Shown piece after piece: positions 28,508-38,054 of a stretch of DNA of 64,000 bases (position 1 is the stretch's first letter; each line of letters begins with the position of its first letter). The stretch lies in contig JAKLPS010000022.1 in the NCBI GenBank assembly GCA_022013695.1, forward strand, positions 3,809-67,808. Reading direction: 5' to 3'. Made by a program: the position numbers and the translations under genes. The DNA is from Weeksellaceae bacterium (GTDB taxonomy: Bacteria > Bacteroidota > Bacteroidia > Flavobacteriales > Weeksellaceae). Under the pieces are notes generated by a model that did not search any database, was not told the DNA's origin, and worked only from the letters and a program-made list of their open reading frames with translations.

Positions 28508-31500
28508 TTACCTTTTTCTGATTACAGTTGATAGATCTTTCAAATTTGCATCTTCAATTTCGTTTATTGTTACACCGAAAGAATTTTTAGTTTTAAAATC
28601 ATTAGTAGAATTAGCCTTTATTAAAACACTAAAAAGAGTTCTATTCTCATCTTCTCTTTCCCTCACGTAATCCCTTTTTTCATTCGCTTTAAGCATTTGA
28701 GCCTTTTCTATTTTATACAACGTCACTAAATTCTCCTTCATTTCCGGAAGTTCTGCCAGCTTTTTATCCAATTCTGCAATTTTATCTTCAGTACTTTTGG
28801 TTTGATGTTCAATTTGAGAAACATCGATTCCTTTCTGAGCTAGATTTTCAATAACTTCCTGTACTTGAGTTTTATGAAGGTCAATTGTTTTTTGATATGA
28901 TGGTAATTGGGTTGCCCAATATTCAGAATTGCCATCGCCATTTTTTGAATAGCCTTCAATTCTATTATATGAATGCTCAGCTTTGGTTACTAACTCCTGA
29001 ACTTTCAAAACATCTTCGTATTTTCTCAAGACAAAAGCACTATCTGCGAGATGCTTATTTTTCTCACTTTCAATCCTTTTTTTCATTAATTCGATTTCAA
29101 TGTCGGCTCTGGTTTCGGGATTGGTAATGATGGACGTTTTAAGTTCTTGTGTACTGATGTCCGAAATATCCAAAACATCGGCTCCTTTTTTCATCGCCTC
29201 CAAATATCTTGCTTGCTTCGATTGCAGTTTTTGAAGCATAAAAACATCAATACTATCATTGGTCAACATAAAATTGATTCTCACATTCTCGTTTTTATTT
29301 CCTTGCCTCCACGCTCGTCCTTCGACCTGTCGCAAAGACGTGAAATTGTACGGTAACGTTAGCATATAAATATCTGTCGTGTTTTCCTGAAGGTTCATTC
29401 CTTCCTGAATGGCCTCACTTCCGATAACCACTTTAATTTTTCCTTCATTAAAATCATTTTGAATAGCAATTCTTTGATTTTTATTGTTAGCTCCGGTAAT
29501 AATGCCGATTTCTTCGGGTTTGTAACCAATTTCTGTAATGAGATATTCTTTTAATTTCGAAAATTGAGCAACCGCCAATTCAGAATAAATAATTTGTCCC
29601 GATTCCGGAATGTCTTTTTTGTTTTGCCTAATTAAATCCATCGTCTGTTTCAGCTTCGGAGAATTTTCTATAAATTCCTTTACAGAAGGCTCTTCATCAT
29701 CATAATATGTTGATAAATATGGCGAAATTGCAATCAGTCGGGCATTGAGAATATGAGTAAGAATTGCCCCCTTTTCAGTTTCGCTGAAATTTTCATTGAG
29801 CAAGTCATATTGTTCTTTTGTCAGATCATTCTGCTCAATTTTATACTCTTTGTTGATTTTGTTGGGACGAATCAATTCAGGATTGTCTTCTTCTCCTTTT
29901 ATATCAATGAATTCCGAAAGTAATTGTTGAAACAGCGAATTGTTTTTAAATCTCCGTACATTGGCTTTAAACTTCACATCACCTTTTGCATCAATTTCCA
30001 TATCATTATCCGCTTCCATAAAGGTCTCGAAGAATGTATTCACATTGAAATATCCCGATTCTTCTAATCTTTTATTTGCTATTAAAGAAAGAATGGAATA
30101 ATATTCCAAAGGCTTGTTGGTAAAAGGCGTTGCGGAAAGCAAGGTTACATTTCTTCCGTCATTTTTGTCTTGAATGTATTGCGCAGCCATCCAGGTATTA
30201 ATTCCCAATTTGGAGGTCTGTTGGTTTTGACTTCTAAAATCGGAAGCAAATCTTCGGTCTTCAATTTTTACTTTTCCTACAATGTGATTGGCGTTGTGAA
30301 CTTCGTCGTAAGTCAAATGGTCGAATCCAAAATCTTCCCAATCATATATTTTTCCACGCTTCATTTTTCCCTCAATCTCCTTTTCTTTCTGCAAATCAAT
30401 TTGAATATCTCTCTCGGTATTGGTAACACCTTTCATTTCGCTTGTAGAGATGTAGCTGAATTTTGACGAAAGTTCTTGGGTTATTTCTGATGAAAACCCG
30501 ATATTATTGAAGCCCTCATAAGTAACGATGGTAATTTCTCCGTCTTTATTATCAAATTTTGAGAGATCATAATCTTTCCCCAAATTCCCTAAAACATTGA
30601 CTTTCGCATTGGGAATCGTTTCAAAAATCGTTTCCACCCATTGTTTCAAAATACTGTCATTCGGAACTACGATGATTGGTCTTTTAGCATTTCCCCTTTC
30701 CATTGCTTCGTGCATAGAAAGGGTTCCAGATAATGTTTTGCCAAAACCCACTTCGTGCGCTAAGAGCCCTACTCCTTTTGTGGTCTGTCTTCCGATCCCT
30801 GCCTTCTGGACTTCGGTCAAACGCAATTCCTGACCTTTGAAATGCAGATAGATTCTGGAAAATAATGGGAATTTAGAATAATCCGGAACGTAGATGTTAT
30901 TGTAATTTCTGTTGAATTCTTTTACAAAACGATTTCTTATATCATCCGAAAGTTCCTCCCGGACAAATTTGTAAAACAAATCTTTCGCCGCAGCTTTTCG
31001 TCTTTCTCTAACTAACGCATTTCTCTCCTTATCGCTTCCTGTAACTGTTTCGTTATCTACAAAGCTTCGCACTTCCCAAGCTGAAGAACCTGCAAAGGCT
31101 TCACTTGACAAGGTGCCTACAAAATCTTTAAATTTTTCCGCAAGATTGTAATCTACAATGACCGATTCGGTACGTTTTGTAATATGATTGTATTGATCTT
31201 TTTCTGTTTGACCTAACTCAAATTTGTGTACGAACTCGTGATTCGGACTGATATAAATCTCATCTAACGATTTCGCTTTTGGTAGAACATTTTCTAATAA
31301 TGCTTTTTGTTTTTCGTATTGGTTTTCTGTTCCTCCAACTGCATTTTTATCAGAAAAATCCCGCTCCAACTGTTCAAGTTTTGCGTAAATAGTTCCTTCG
31401 GTGTAATAAAAATCGTGAACCCACTTTCCATCAATGTAGTTCGCAAATTGATAATGCTTTCCACGATTATTTAATGTGCCGTCATAAGACGTATCTCTGA

Positions 31501-33721
31501 ATGCTTCAATCTGTTCTTTGGTAATTTCAGAACTGTTTTGTAATGAAGTATTGACAATTTTATCCTGTTTGGAGAATTGATATTTTAAAACACCTTTTTT
31601 GAGTTCAGGTTTTGACTGAATTTTATACTCATTCTGATTTTTTGTATTGTGAATAGAAATTATCCTATCACTTTTTTCAATCAATTCTTTTAATTTTTCA
31701 TCAGAAAACGATGTCGGCTTTGTGATTAGATCTTCGCGCAGTTTTTCATACTTGCTAATTTCGGTCGAAATTGTGGGAGATTTAAACTTAATGTCATTGA
31801 GTTTGGAAAGTACTTGGTCAATTTTTTCTTGAGCTTCTGTTAAATTGAGTTCATTTTTATTTTTGTTTTTGTTTTCAATCCTCGCAGGATCTTCAATTTC
31901 TGCAATCCCTTTTTTAGATTCAGGAACTTTATTTTCAACTTTAGCTTCTTCCTCTAAAAACAAATCTTCAAACAGATTTCCGATCCGCTGGGTTTCTTTC
32001 CTGTTTTTAAAATGTTCAATCTTAAATAAAGCTTCATCTAAATTACCGTGAATATATTTTTCTAATCGACCAAAACGGTTAGTTTTCTCTTGGGTTTCTC
32101 CCAAAATTCTTGTTGGATTATTTTCAAAATAATTGGAAATATCCTTTGAAATATTTTTATTATTTTTTCTTAGAATGATAATATCGGTTCCGATCTGTGT
32201 TCCTGCAAAAGCTCCGTTGGGCAAACGAAAACCTTCCAAAATATTGGCGTTTTGCAATTTTTTTTGCCTGCTCAGCCAAGATGATGGCAGTACCATCGCT
32301 AAAACGCCGTCTGATTTTAAAGAATCCAAAGACCGCTTAACGAAGTAATCTTCGTATTTAGGAATTTTGTGTTCTTCTCCCAATCCTTTGTAAAGTCCCC
32401 GATGTTCACCATAGGGAGGATTACCAATGACCAAATCATATCTTTCTGAAAAATCTTTTGAGTCTTTTTTATTACCTCTGTCATCAATAAATTCAGTTTC
32501 AAACGAACGAAGATTGATGTCAGCGTCGGGATGCAGAATCTTTGCAATTTTTGCGGTGATGTCGTTGATTTCAAATCCTGTAATTTTAGAATTTACAGAT
32601 AATTCGTGAGTAGCATAAATGAAATTTCCTGTTCCGACACTGGGTTCTAAAACCGAAATTTCTTTTTGAGTTTTGAAATGGTCTTTTATTAAATTACGAA
32701 CCGAATCTACAATTTTATCCTGCGTATAATATTCATCTAAAATCCCTCGTCCTTCTTTTGCGGTTCCTCCACTTTGGAATTGGTTGCAGATTTCTTTTAA
32801 ATCATCAGTGATGTTAAGATTTTCCTTTAAAAAGATTTTGTGGTCGTCAGAAATAAAACAAGCTGCGGAAACCACTTCTGCAACTTGTTCATTATTCAGT
32901 TTTTGCCCTTTATATTTTGAAATAAGAGCATCTAACTCTACATTATTTGTTGAATTCTCACTTACCTCGGAAAGTCCTCCATCGGTTCTTCTTCTATCGG
33001 ATACAGTTCTCCCGGGTACGATTCCGCCCACGGAACGTCCTTGAGTCTCTCCAACATTATTCTGTTGTGAGTCGTCATAGGATCCTCTTCCTCTGTCCCG
33101 GTTTCCCAAATTGCTCCGCTCTGTGCCTGCAAGTCCATTTCCAGCATTGTTGCTGCCCACTGCTTGTCCGCTTCCGTAACTTCCGTTTTGCTCGGATTGG
33201 ATTTTAGGGCTAAGTTCTCCAGTGTTGTGTTCAGGTGTTCCGTTTCCCACTTGCTGAGAATCGGATATTCTTCCGGATTCAATTGCATTGCTTTCATTTT
33301 CAGAAATTTTTGGTTCAACTAAATTAGTATTTTTATCTTGAAGATTAAGTTTACTCTCTAAATATTCGGTCAGGTCTTGATTCCCATTTTCAGAAATTTC
33401 ATACAACGGACGAACGTCTTTGATATTTTTGCCATTAAATTCTGTAAGAATTTTCCTAGTTATTGCATTTCCTGTTCTGTCCCCGCTCAGACATAGAAAC
33501 ATTTTGCCATCATAATTCTGGTATCTATTGAGGAACTTTTTGCTATTTGAACCTGAATTAAGGGTTATCAGTGTTCTATTATTGACTTTCTTGTTCAATT
33601 GAAGAAGCTCCAAGAATGAAAGCATATCCTTACTGTTTGTGAAAACAATAAGTTCCTTTTTATTTCCTTCAACTACAGAAATGTCATCATTTATCTCATT
33701 AAAAAAATCTTCATCTTTCAC
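28508..33721 (-). CDS. polyvalent protein: Toprim-like N-terminus, low-complexity linker, N6-adenine DNA methyltransferase, SNF2/DEAD-like helicase, coiled-coil tail
   Basis: 1737 aa. MTase motif I is VLEPSVGTGNF and motif IV is VIGNPPYG (nt 32411-32422). Helicase motifs are HEVGFGKTLSG, LTYDEVHNANH, LLSATPFTNKP and QVEGRAWRQGN. Confidence 0.85.
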   Translation of the reverse strand: MKDEDFFNEINDDISVVEGNKKELIVFTNSKDMLSFLELLQLNKKVNNRTLITLNSGSNSKKFLNRYQNYDGKMFLCLSGDRTGNAITRKILTEFNGKNIKDVRPLYEISENGNQDLTEYLESKLNLQDKNTNLVEPKISENESNAIESGRISDSQQVGNGTPEHNTGELSPKIQSEQNGSYGSGQAVGSNNAGNGLAGTERSNLGNRDRGRGSYDDSQQNNVGETQGRSVGGIVPGRTVSDRRRTDGGLSEVSENSTNNVELDALISKYKGQKLNNEQVAEVVSAACFISDDHKIFLKENLNITDDLKEICNQFQSGGTAKEGRGILDEYYTQDKIVDSVRNLIKDHFKTQKEISVLEPSVGTGNFIYATHELSVNSKITGFEINDITAKIAKILHPDADINLRSFETEFIDDRGNKKDSKDFSERYDLVIGNPPYGEHRGLYKGLGEEHKIPKYEDYFVKRSLDSLKSDGVLAMVLPSSWLSRQKKLQNANILEGFRLPNGAFAGTQIGTDIIILRKNNKNISKDISNYFENNPTRILGETQEKTNRFGRLEKYIHGNLDEALFKIEHFKNRKETQRIGNLFEDLFLEEEAKVENKVPESKKGIAEIEDPARIENKNKNKNELNLTEAQEKIDQVLSKLNDIKFKSPTISTEISKYEKLREDLITKPTSFSDEKLKELIEKSDRIISIHNTKNQNEYKIQSKPELKKGVLKYQFSKQDKIVNTSLQNSSEITKEQIEAFRDTSYDGTLNNRGKHYQFANYIDGKWVHDFYYTEGTIYAKLEQLERDFSDKNAVGGTENQYEKQKALLENVLPKAKSLDEIYISPNHEFVHKFELGQTEKDQYNHITKRTESVIVDYNLAEKFKDFVGTLSSEAFAGSSAWEVRSFVDNETVTGSDKERNALVRERRKAAAKDLFYKFVREELSDDIRNRFVKEFNRNYNNIYVPDYSKFPLFSRIYLHFKGQELRLTEVQKAGIGRQTTKGVGLLAHEVGFGKTLSGTLSMHEAMERGNAKRPIIVVPNDSILKQWVETIFETIPNAKVNVLGNLGKDYDLSKFDNKDGEITIVTYEGFNNIGFSSEITQELSSKFSYISTSEMKGVTNTERDIQIDLQKEKEIEGKMKRGKIYDWEDFGFDHLTYDEVHNANHIVGKVKIEDRRFASDFRSQNQQTSKLGINTWMAAQYIQDKNDGRNVTLLSATPFTNKPLEYYSILSLIANKRLEESGYFNVNTFFETFMEADNDMEIDAKGDVKFKANVRRFKNNSLFQQLLSEFIDIKGEEDNPELIRPNKINKEYKIEQNDLTKEQYDLLNENFSETEKGAILTHILNARLIAISPYLSTYYDDEEPSVKEFIENSPKLKQTMDLIRQNKKDIPESGQIIYSELAVAQFSKLKEYLITEIGYKPEEIGIITGANNKNQRIAIQNDFNEGKIKVVIGSEAIQEGMNLQENTTDIYMLTLPYNFTSLRQVEGRAWRQGNKNENVRINFMLTNDSIDVFMLQKLQSKQARYLEAMKKGADVLDISDISTQELKTSIITNPETRADIEIELMKKRIESEKNKHLADSAFVLRKYEDVLKVQELVTKAEHSYNRIEGYSKNGDGNSEYWATQLPSYQKTIDLHKTQVQEVIENLAQKGIDVSQIEHQTKSTEDKIAELDKKLAELPEMKENLVTLYKIEKAQMLKANEKRDYVREREDENRTLFSVLIKANSTNDFKTKNSFGVTINEIEDANLKDLSTVIRKR

Positions 33722-34398
33722 CTTTTTCTGTTTTTTATGAAGTGGTTAAATTCAAAAATTTCTTTGGCTTGGTTGTCCCAACTCTTTCTCGATATTAATT
33801 GGAGTGTTACAAATATGTCCGTCTTTTTATTGTAAGAATCAATCCTTTCAAGCCTTCCGTTGTAGTCTTTTTCCGCATGTTTGTAAATAGAGTACGGTAA
33901 AATCGTATCCGTTGGATAAATATAAAACCGGGTGTACATCCAAGGTGAGTTGATCTCAAATCGTTTGTATTTTTTCTTAAACAAAACCGTATCACTCAGA
34001 TTTTTTCTGTTTCTGTAATTGGGGATTTTTTCCTGAGAAAACAATGTCCCTCCTTTTTTCTTTTCAACCGTAAGGGGCTTTTGTTTCTTTATGATGTCTG
34101 ACAGGATAATTTTGCCGGGATTTTCATTTTCAATGGTATAGCACAATGAATCTTTAATGAAATAAATTTGTTGGGTTATTTCGGGAGCATCAACATCCGG
34201 AATCCTTTCTATAATAGAGTCTCCGGAATAATTAAGGCTTGACAAATGAAAACTCTGGATTTTGTCCAGGTTTTTGGAAGCATCGAAATAGACATTCGAA
34301 ACAACATCAATTCCGCCTTTGTCCGATTTAATTTTTTTGTGACAAGAATTGATCACAAAAAGAAAAAACAGGATGGGTAATACTAAAAGCTTTTTCAT
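33718..34398 (-). CDS. hypothetical lipoprotein
   Basis: 226 aa with the signal and lipobox LFFLFVINSC. Confidence 0.6.
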   Translation of the reverse strand: MKKLLVLPILFFLFVINSCHKKIKSDKGGIDVVSNVYFDASKNLDKIQSFHLSSLNYSGDSIIERIPDVDAPEITQQIYFIKDSLCYTIENENPGKIILSDIIKKQKPLTVEKKKGGTLFSQEKIPNYRNRKNLSDTVLFKKKYKRFEINSPWMYTRFYIYPTDTILPYSIYKHAEKDYNGRLERIDSYNKKTDIFVTLQLISRKSWDNQAKEIFEFNHFIKNRKR

Positions 34399-34477
34399 AG
34401 AAATAGGGTTTAAAAAAGCGGCAGCCTAATTAATTTGACTTACCGCTAGGAAATAAATGATTGGTTGTACGTCTTAT

Positions 34478-36502
34478 CTATCGTTTAATACTTTGTTCTT
34501 TCACGTTATTTTTTTCGTGCTTGTTGTCTTGTTCCAAACCTTCTAAAGGCTTGTTGGTATTGATTCTGTTCATATCGGAATCATACAGATTCAGATTTTT
34601 GTATTGCGGATTCAGTACCGCTTTGCCTTCTACCACTTTATCGTCCAATTCAAATTTTACCTTGACGATATTTCCTTTTTCCAAAGATTTTATGGTACTT
34701 TCCTTCCATTCTGGCTTATCGAATATCAGTTTGGATTTTTCTACGATCTGAGCCGTATCAACACCATAATTTTTGTAAAAATTCTGGAAATTATAATTTC
34801 CTTTTTCAGTTTTGGGCTCGTTAAAATTCAGTTTGGCAAATGCTGGTTCTATTTTTTCTGTTTTCGGATTGTGAAATTCTATTTTAACTGTGCGTCCTTC
34901 TAAAAGGTTTATAGCTTCTTTAGCTGTAAATGTATTTACCCTGTTAACCGAAAAATTATGGGATAAAATATCTCCATTTTCTTTCGTGAGTTTAGCATTG
35001 TAAAAATTCATAAAAACGCTCCCATTTTCGATTTTATTAAATTTTAATGTAAATTCAACTTCATTTCCGGGCATCGTTTTGTCGGAACTGGTCTTAATTT
35101 CGAACTCTTTTTCGGGAGCATTAATCCCATTCTCCAAATCTTTGTGCAGTTGTTCTCCTTCTCCGAAACCAAGATATTTTAACTGAAATTTCGGATACTG
35201 AGATGGTTCATATTCGTTTTTTGTTTCCATAATGTTTGGGTTTTGATTGTTAAATTTTATATCATTCATTGTTAATATTCTGTGTCTTGAAAAAACATTT
35301 TCATCCAGATAATTTTTTAGAATTTCACCGTTATCCAATAATTCGTAGGATTCCCCATATAGCTGTTTTTCCAATAGGCCGAAAGCCAATTCGTATTTGT
35401 CATTTTTTGACAACGTATGACCATCAATAACATTTGGGATTGTGTCCATTTGTGCCTTTGTAAGAGAATAATCTCCATCTGTTGTTCCGAATTCCATTTT
35501 TTCTGAATAAGCTTTTCTTTGGTTCGCTGTGATCTGCAAGTTCTCCAGTATGAATTCGTTTTCTTTCATAAAGATCCTGTAATTGAGAATATCATTTTTT
35601 TCCTCTTCGGAAAGTTTCGGATAAAGATTATTTTGCACCGCTTTTGCTTTTAAGTCGTTTTCGACATAGCTTTTGAATTCGTTCAAACTTTTTGGAGCAT
35701 CATAAAAATCTCTCATACCTGTCCATTCTTTGCTGCCATACGGTAATCTATATTCCTGCGTTTGCAGATCATAGCTGTAATACCTATGACCGCTTGGACT
35801 CTTCAGCGAGCCACTTCCATCATCGTAATCGTTCCAGGTCCAGCCGTCCGGAAGGTCAGATGCAGGGGTTAAATTTTCTTCAAAGTCTTCTTCTGAAAAT
35901 AGGTCATCAAATCCAAGACTATTTTCTTCCCAGTCAAAGCTTAATGTGCTTTCTATTTGATCTTTAGTCTTTTCAATAGAGGTATTTATTTCGATGGTTG
36001 ATCTATCTGTTTCCATTTCATATTTTCGGAAATGATCGGCTTGCCGTTCATCAATTTCTGAAGTTGTCATTCCTAAACTTAAGTCTGTCCTTAACTCCAA
36101 TTCATTTGCCCAAGAATCTGAAAGATATATTTGCTTTGCCGCTTCATTACCAATAGGCACTTCTGTAAAAGCATGGTTATCTTGTATGATTAAGATTCTA
36201 CCATCGATTTTCTGTTTATCCATAAAGCGTACTACTTCAGCTAAACTTTTAAAATTAATTTTCACGGAAGTATCAGTATCCGCATTGAAGATTGTATTTA
36301 CAGTGTAGGCAGAACCTTGAACTATTTGATTTGCCGTGGATTTATAAATCTGCATAAACTTTTTCTCCCGATCAGAAAACTTCCTTTCTCCATCCCTGAA
36401 AAATTGTTCAGGCGGAGTAGTTTTCATTTCACGAACAAAATCTTTATAAGCCGTTGTTCTCGGAATTACAAGCTTCTCAAACCAAGATAATTTATCTTCC
36501 AT
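34478..36502 (-). CDS. hypothetical ICE protein (possibly DUF3945-type)
   Basis: 674 aa with no catalytic motif I recognise. It lies in the co-directional tra gene train, and its start overlaps the upstream ORF. Confidence 0.55.
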   Translation of the reverse strand: MEDKLSWFEKLVIPRTTAYKDFVREMKTTPPEQFFRDGERKFSDREKKFMQIYKSTANQIVQGSAYTVNTIFNADTDTSVKINFKSLAEVVRFMDKQKIDGRILIIQDNHAFTEVPIGNEAAKQIYLSDSWANELELRTDLSLGMTTSEIDERQADHFRKYEMETDRSTIEINTSIEKTKDQIESTLSFDWEENSLGFDDLFSEEDFEENLTPASDLPDGWTWNDYDDGSGSLKSPSGHRYYSYDLQTQEYRLPYGSKEWTGMRDFYDAPKSLNEFKSYVENDLKAKAVQNNLYPKLSEEEKNDILNYRIFMKENEFILENLQITANQRKAYSEKMEFGTTDGDYSLTKAQMDTIPNVIDGHTLSKNDKYELAFGLLEKQLYGESYELLDNGEILKNYLDENVFSRHRILTMNDIKFNNQNPNIMETKNEYEPSQYPKFQLKYLGFGEGEQLHKDLENGINAPEKEFEIKTSSDKTMPGNEVEFTLKFNKIENGSVFMNFYNAKLTKENGDILSHNFSVNRVNTFTAKEAINLLEGRTVKIEFHNPKTEKIEPAFAKLNFNEPKTEKGNYNFQNFYKNYGVDTAQIVEKSKLIFDKPEWKESTIKSLEKGNIVKVKFELDDKVVEGKAVLNPQYKNLNLYDSDMNRINTNKPLEGLEQDNKHEKNNVKEQSIKR

Positions 36503-37221
36503 TTTTTAGTTTTAAATTTACCTTCTAAATCTTCGTGACTTTCTACTTCCTCTTCTTGTTCTTTGTTTTCCTCTCTCATTCTATTGGCGTCTTGATAGAC
36601 ATCGGGGTCATTTACATTTAGCCGAATGTCAGATTTATTCTGCTCCTGTGATTGATGCTGCTTTTTAGAAATTCCATCAACTGTTCCTATCTCTTTGGAA
36701 ACGATATTCAGATCCTTAGCGATTTCTTTTGCCATTTCTGGGAACTGGTCAATTTTATCCTGTAGAAAAGATTTCAGTTTCATAAGTTCATTTTTGTAGA
36801 GGTTGGTTTCTGCTACATCTCTTTTATCTGCAATAATTGCAGTTAATTCTCTTGTGTTTTTAATGAGATCAAACTCAACCACCTTATTGGTTTCTTTGTC
36901 GAAAATGAAAGCCTTTTTTTCATAAATCAATTCTTTTTCTGATTTTGAAAGGTCTTGAATATTGGAATATTCAATATTGGCTTTACTGTTTTTGAGAATC
37001 TCATCAATACTTTTATCTCGTTCTAAAAAGATGACCTTCAGTTTGGTATTATTATCCGTAAGCTGAAAGGTCGCCCTATTCTTGTCGTTGTCTGCAACGA
37101 TGGTATATCCCTTCAAAAATTTCTGAATATCATCCGCATTTAGCTTTGTAGAGAATGATAAATCTTCATTGATTATTCCGTATTTTTTTAGTTCTTCTGT
37201 GGGTAAGGTTGTGTTATTCAT
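36466..37221 (-). CDS. hypothetical ICE protein (possibly DUF4099-type N-terminus)
   Basis: 251 aa. The N-terminus LPTEELKKYGIINEDLSF...FLKGYTIVADNDKNRATFQL resembles the domain I recall from Bacteroidota conjugative elements. Confidence 0.5.
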   Translation of the reverse strand: MNNTTLPTEELKKYGIINEDLSFSTKLNADDIQKFLKGYTIVADNDKNRATFQLTDNNTKLKVIFLERDKSIDEILKNSKANIEYSNIQDLSKSEKELIYEKKAFIFDKETNKVVEFDLIKNTRELTAIIADKRDVAETNLYKNELMKLKSFLQDKIDQFPEMAKEIAKDLNIVSKEIGTVDGISKKQHQSQEQNKSDIRLNVNDPDVYQDANRMREENKEQEEEVESHEDLEGKFKTKKWKINYLGLRSL

Positions 37222-38053
37222 TGTATGTTGCTATTAAATTGTTAACTTTTATGAGGTCGTTTAAAAAATGAGAAGGATTGATATTTTGCCCAAATTCCTT
37301 TACCGAAAAATGTAAATGAGGTCCTGTGGAATTTCCGGAATTGCCACTTTTCCCAATGATAAAACCAGCTTTTACTTTTTCGCCTATCCGATAATAGATC
37401 TCTGATAAGTGCATATAGGTTGTTTCAAAACGGTTGAAATGTTTTACTTTGATGAAATTTCCACCGCCTTTAGAATCCCAACCGGTTGCCGTAACAATTC
37501 CATCTATTACGGAATAGACATTTTCATAGTTGGCTTTAAGGTCGATCCCGTTGTGCATTTTTTTGCTTCCGAAAATGGGATGCGTTCTGGTTCCGTACGA
37601 TGATGTTACTGTCAATTTATTTTTAAGTGGCATTACAATTTTTGAAAAATATTCTGTTGGTTCATCTACAAAATCATAGGTCGTAACTGCAGCCTGCTTC
37701 TTTGATGTTTCTCTATGATCTTCAAGCTGATTTTGTGTGAGCTGCGTTAAAGAAGTTTTGAGTTTTTCAATGTCATTTATCCCTTCATCCTTTACACTTC
37801 CATATTCTTTAATGAGTATTTTCAGGGAATCAATTTGATTTTTCAGATCTGATTTTGTGATGATGTTTAAAACCTCTTTCCACGTTTTTTTATTCTTTTT
37901 CTGGTTTACCGGTTCGTCAATGTTAGTTTTATCTGATACTTTTGGATTTTCAGATTTTTTCGGTAATGTTGGTATAATCGTATTGAATTGCGCAGATGAT
38001 AAGCTACTGTAAAACAGCACCACCAAAGTCAATGTATATTTTAGTTTTTTCAT
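37214..38053 (-). CDS. M23-family metallopeptidase (peptidoglycan hydrolase for T4SS assembly)
   Basis: 279 aa with a signal peptide, HNGIDL and GNSGNSTGPHLHF. Confidence 0.85.
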   Translation of the reverse strand: MKKLKYTLTLVVLFYSSLSSAQFNTIIPTLPKKSENPKVSDKTNIDEPVNQKKNKKTWKEVLNIITKSDLKNQIDSLKILIKEYGSVKDEGINDIEKLKTSLTQLTQNQLEDHRETSKKQAAVTTYDFVDEPTEYFSKIVMPLKNKLTVTSSYGTRTHPIFGSKKMHNGIDLKANYENVYSVIDGIVTATGWDSKGGGNFIKVKHFNRFETTYMHLSEIYYRIGEKVKAGFIIGKSGNSGNSTGPHLHFSVKEFGQNINPSHFLNDLIKVNNLIATYNE

Positions 38054-38054
38054 T

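Noticed and set aside
32962-33318. 118-aa alternative-frame ORF, plus plus-strand ORFs at 32784-33207, inside the polyvalent gene.
   Set aside because: They fall in the low-complexity linker region of the 1737-aa ORF, whose frame is continuous and motif-rich on both sides.
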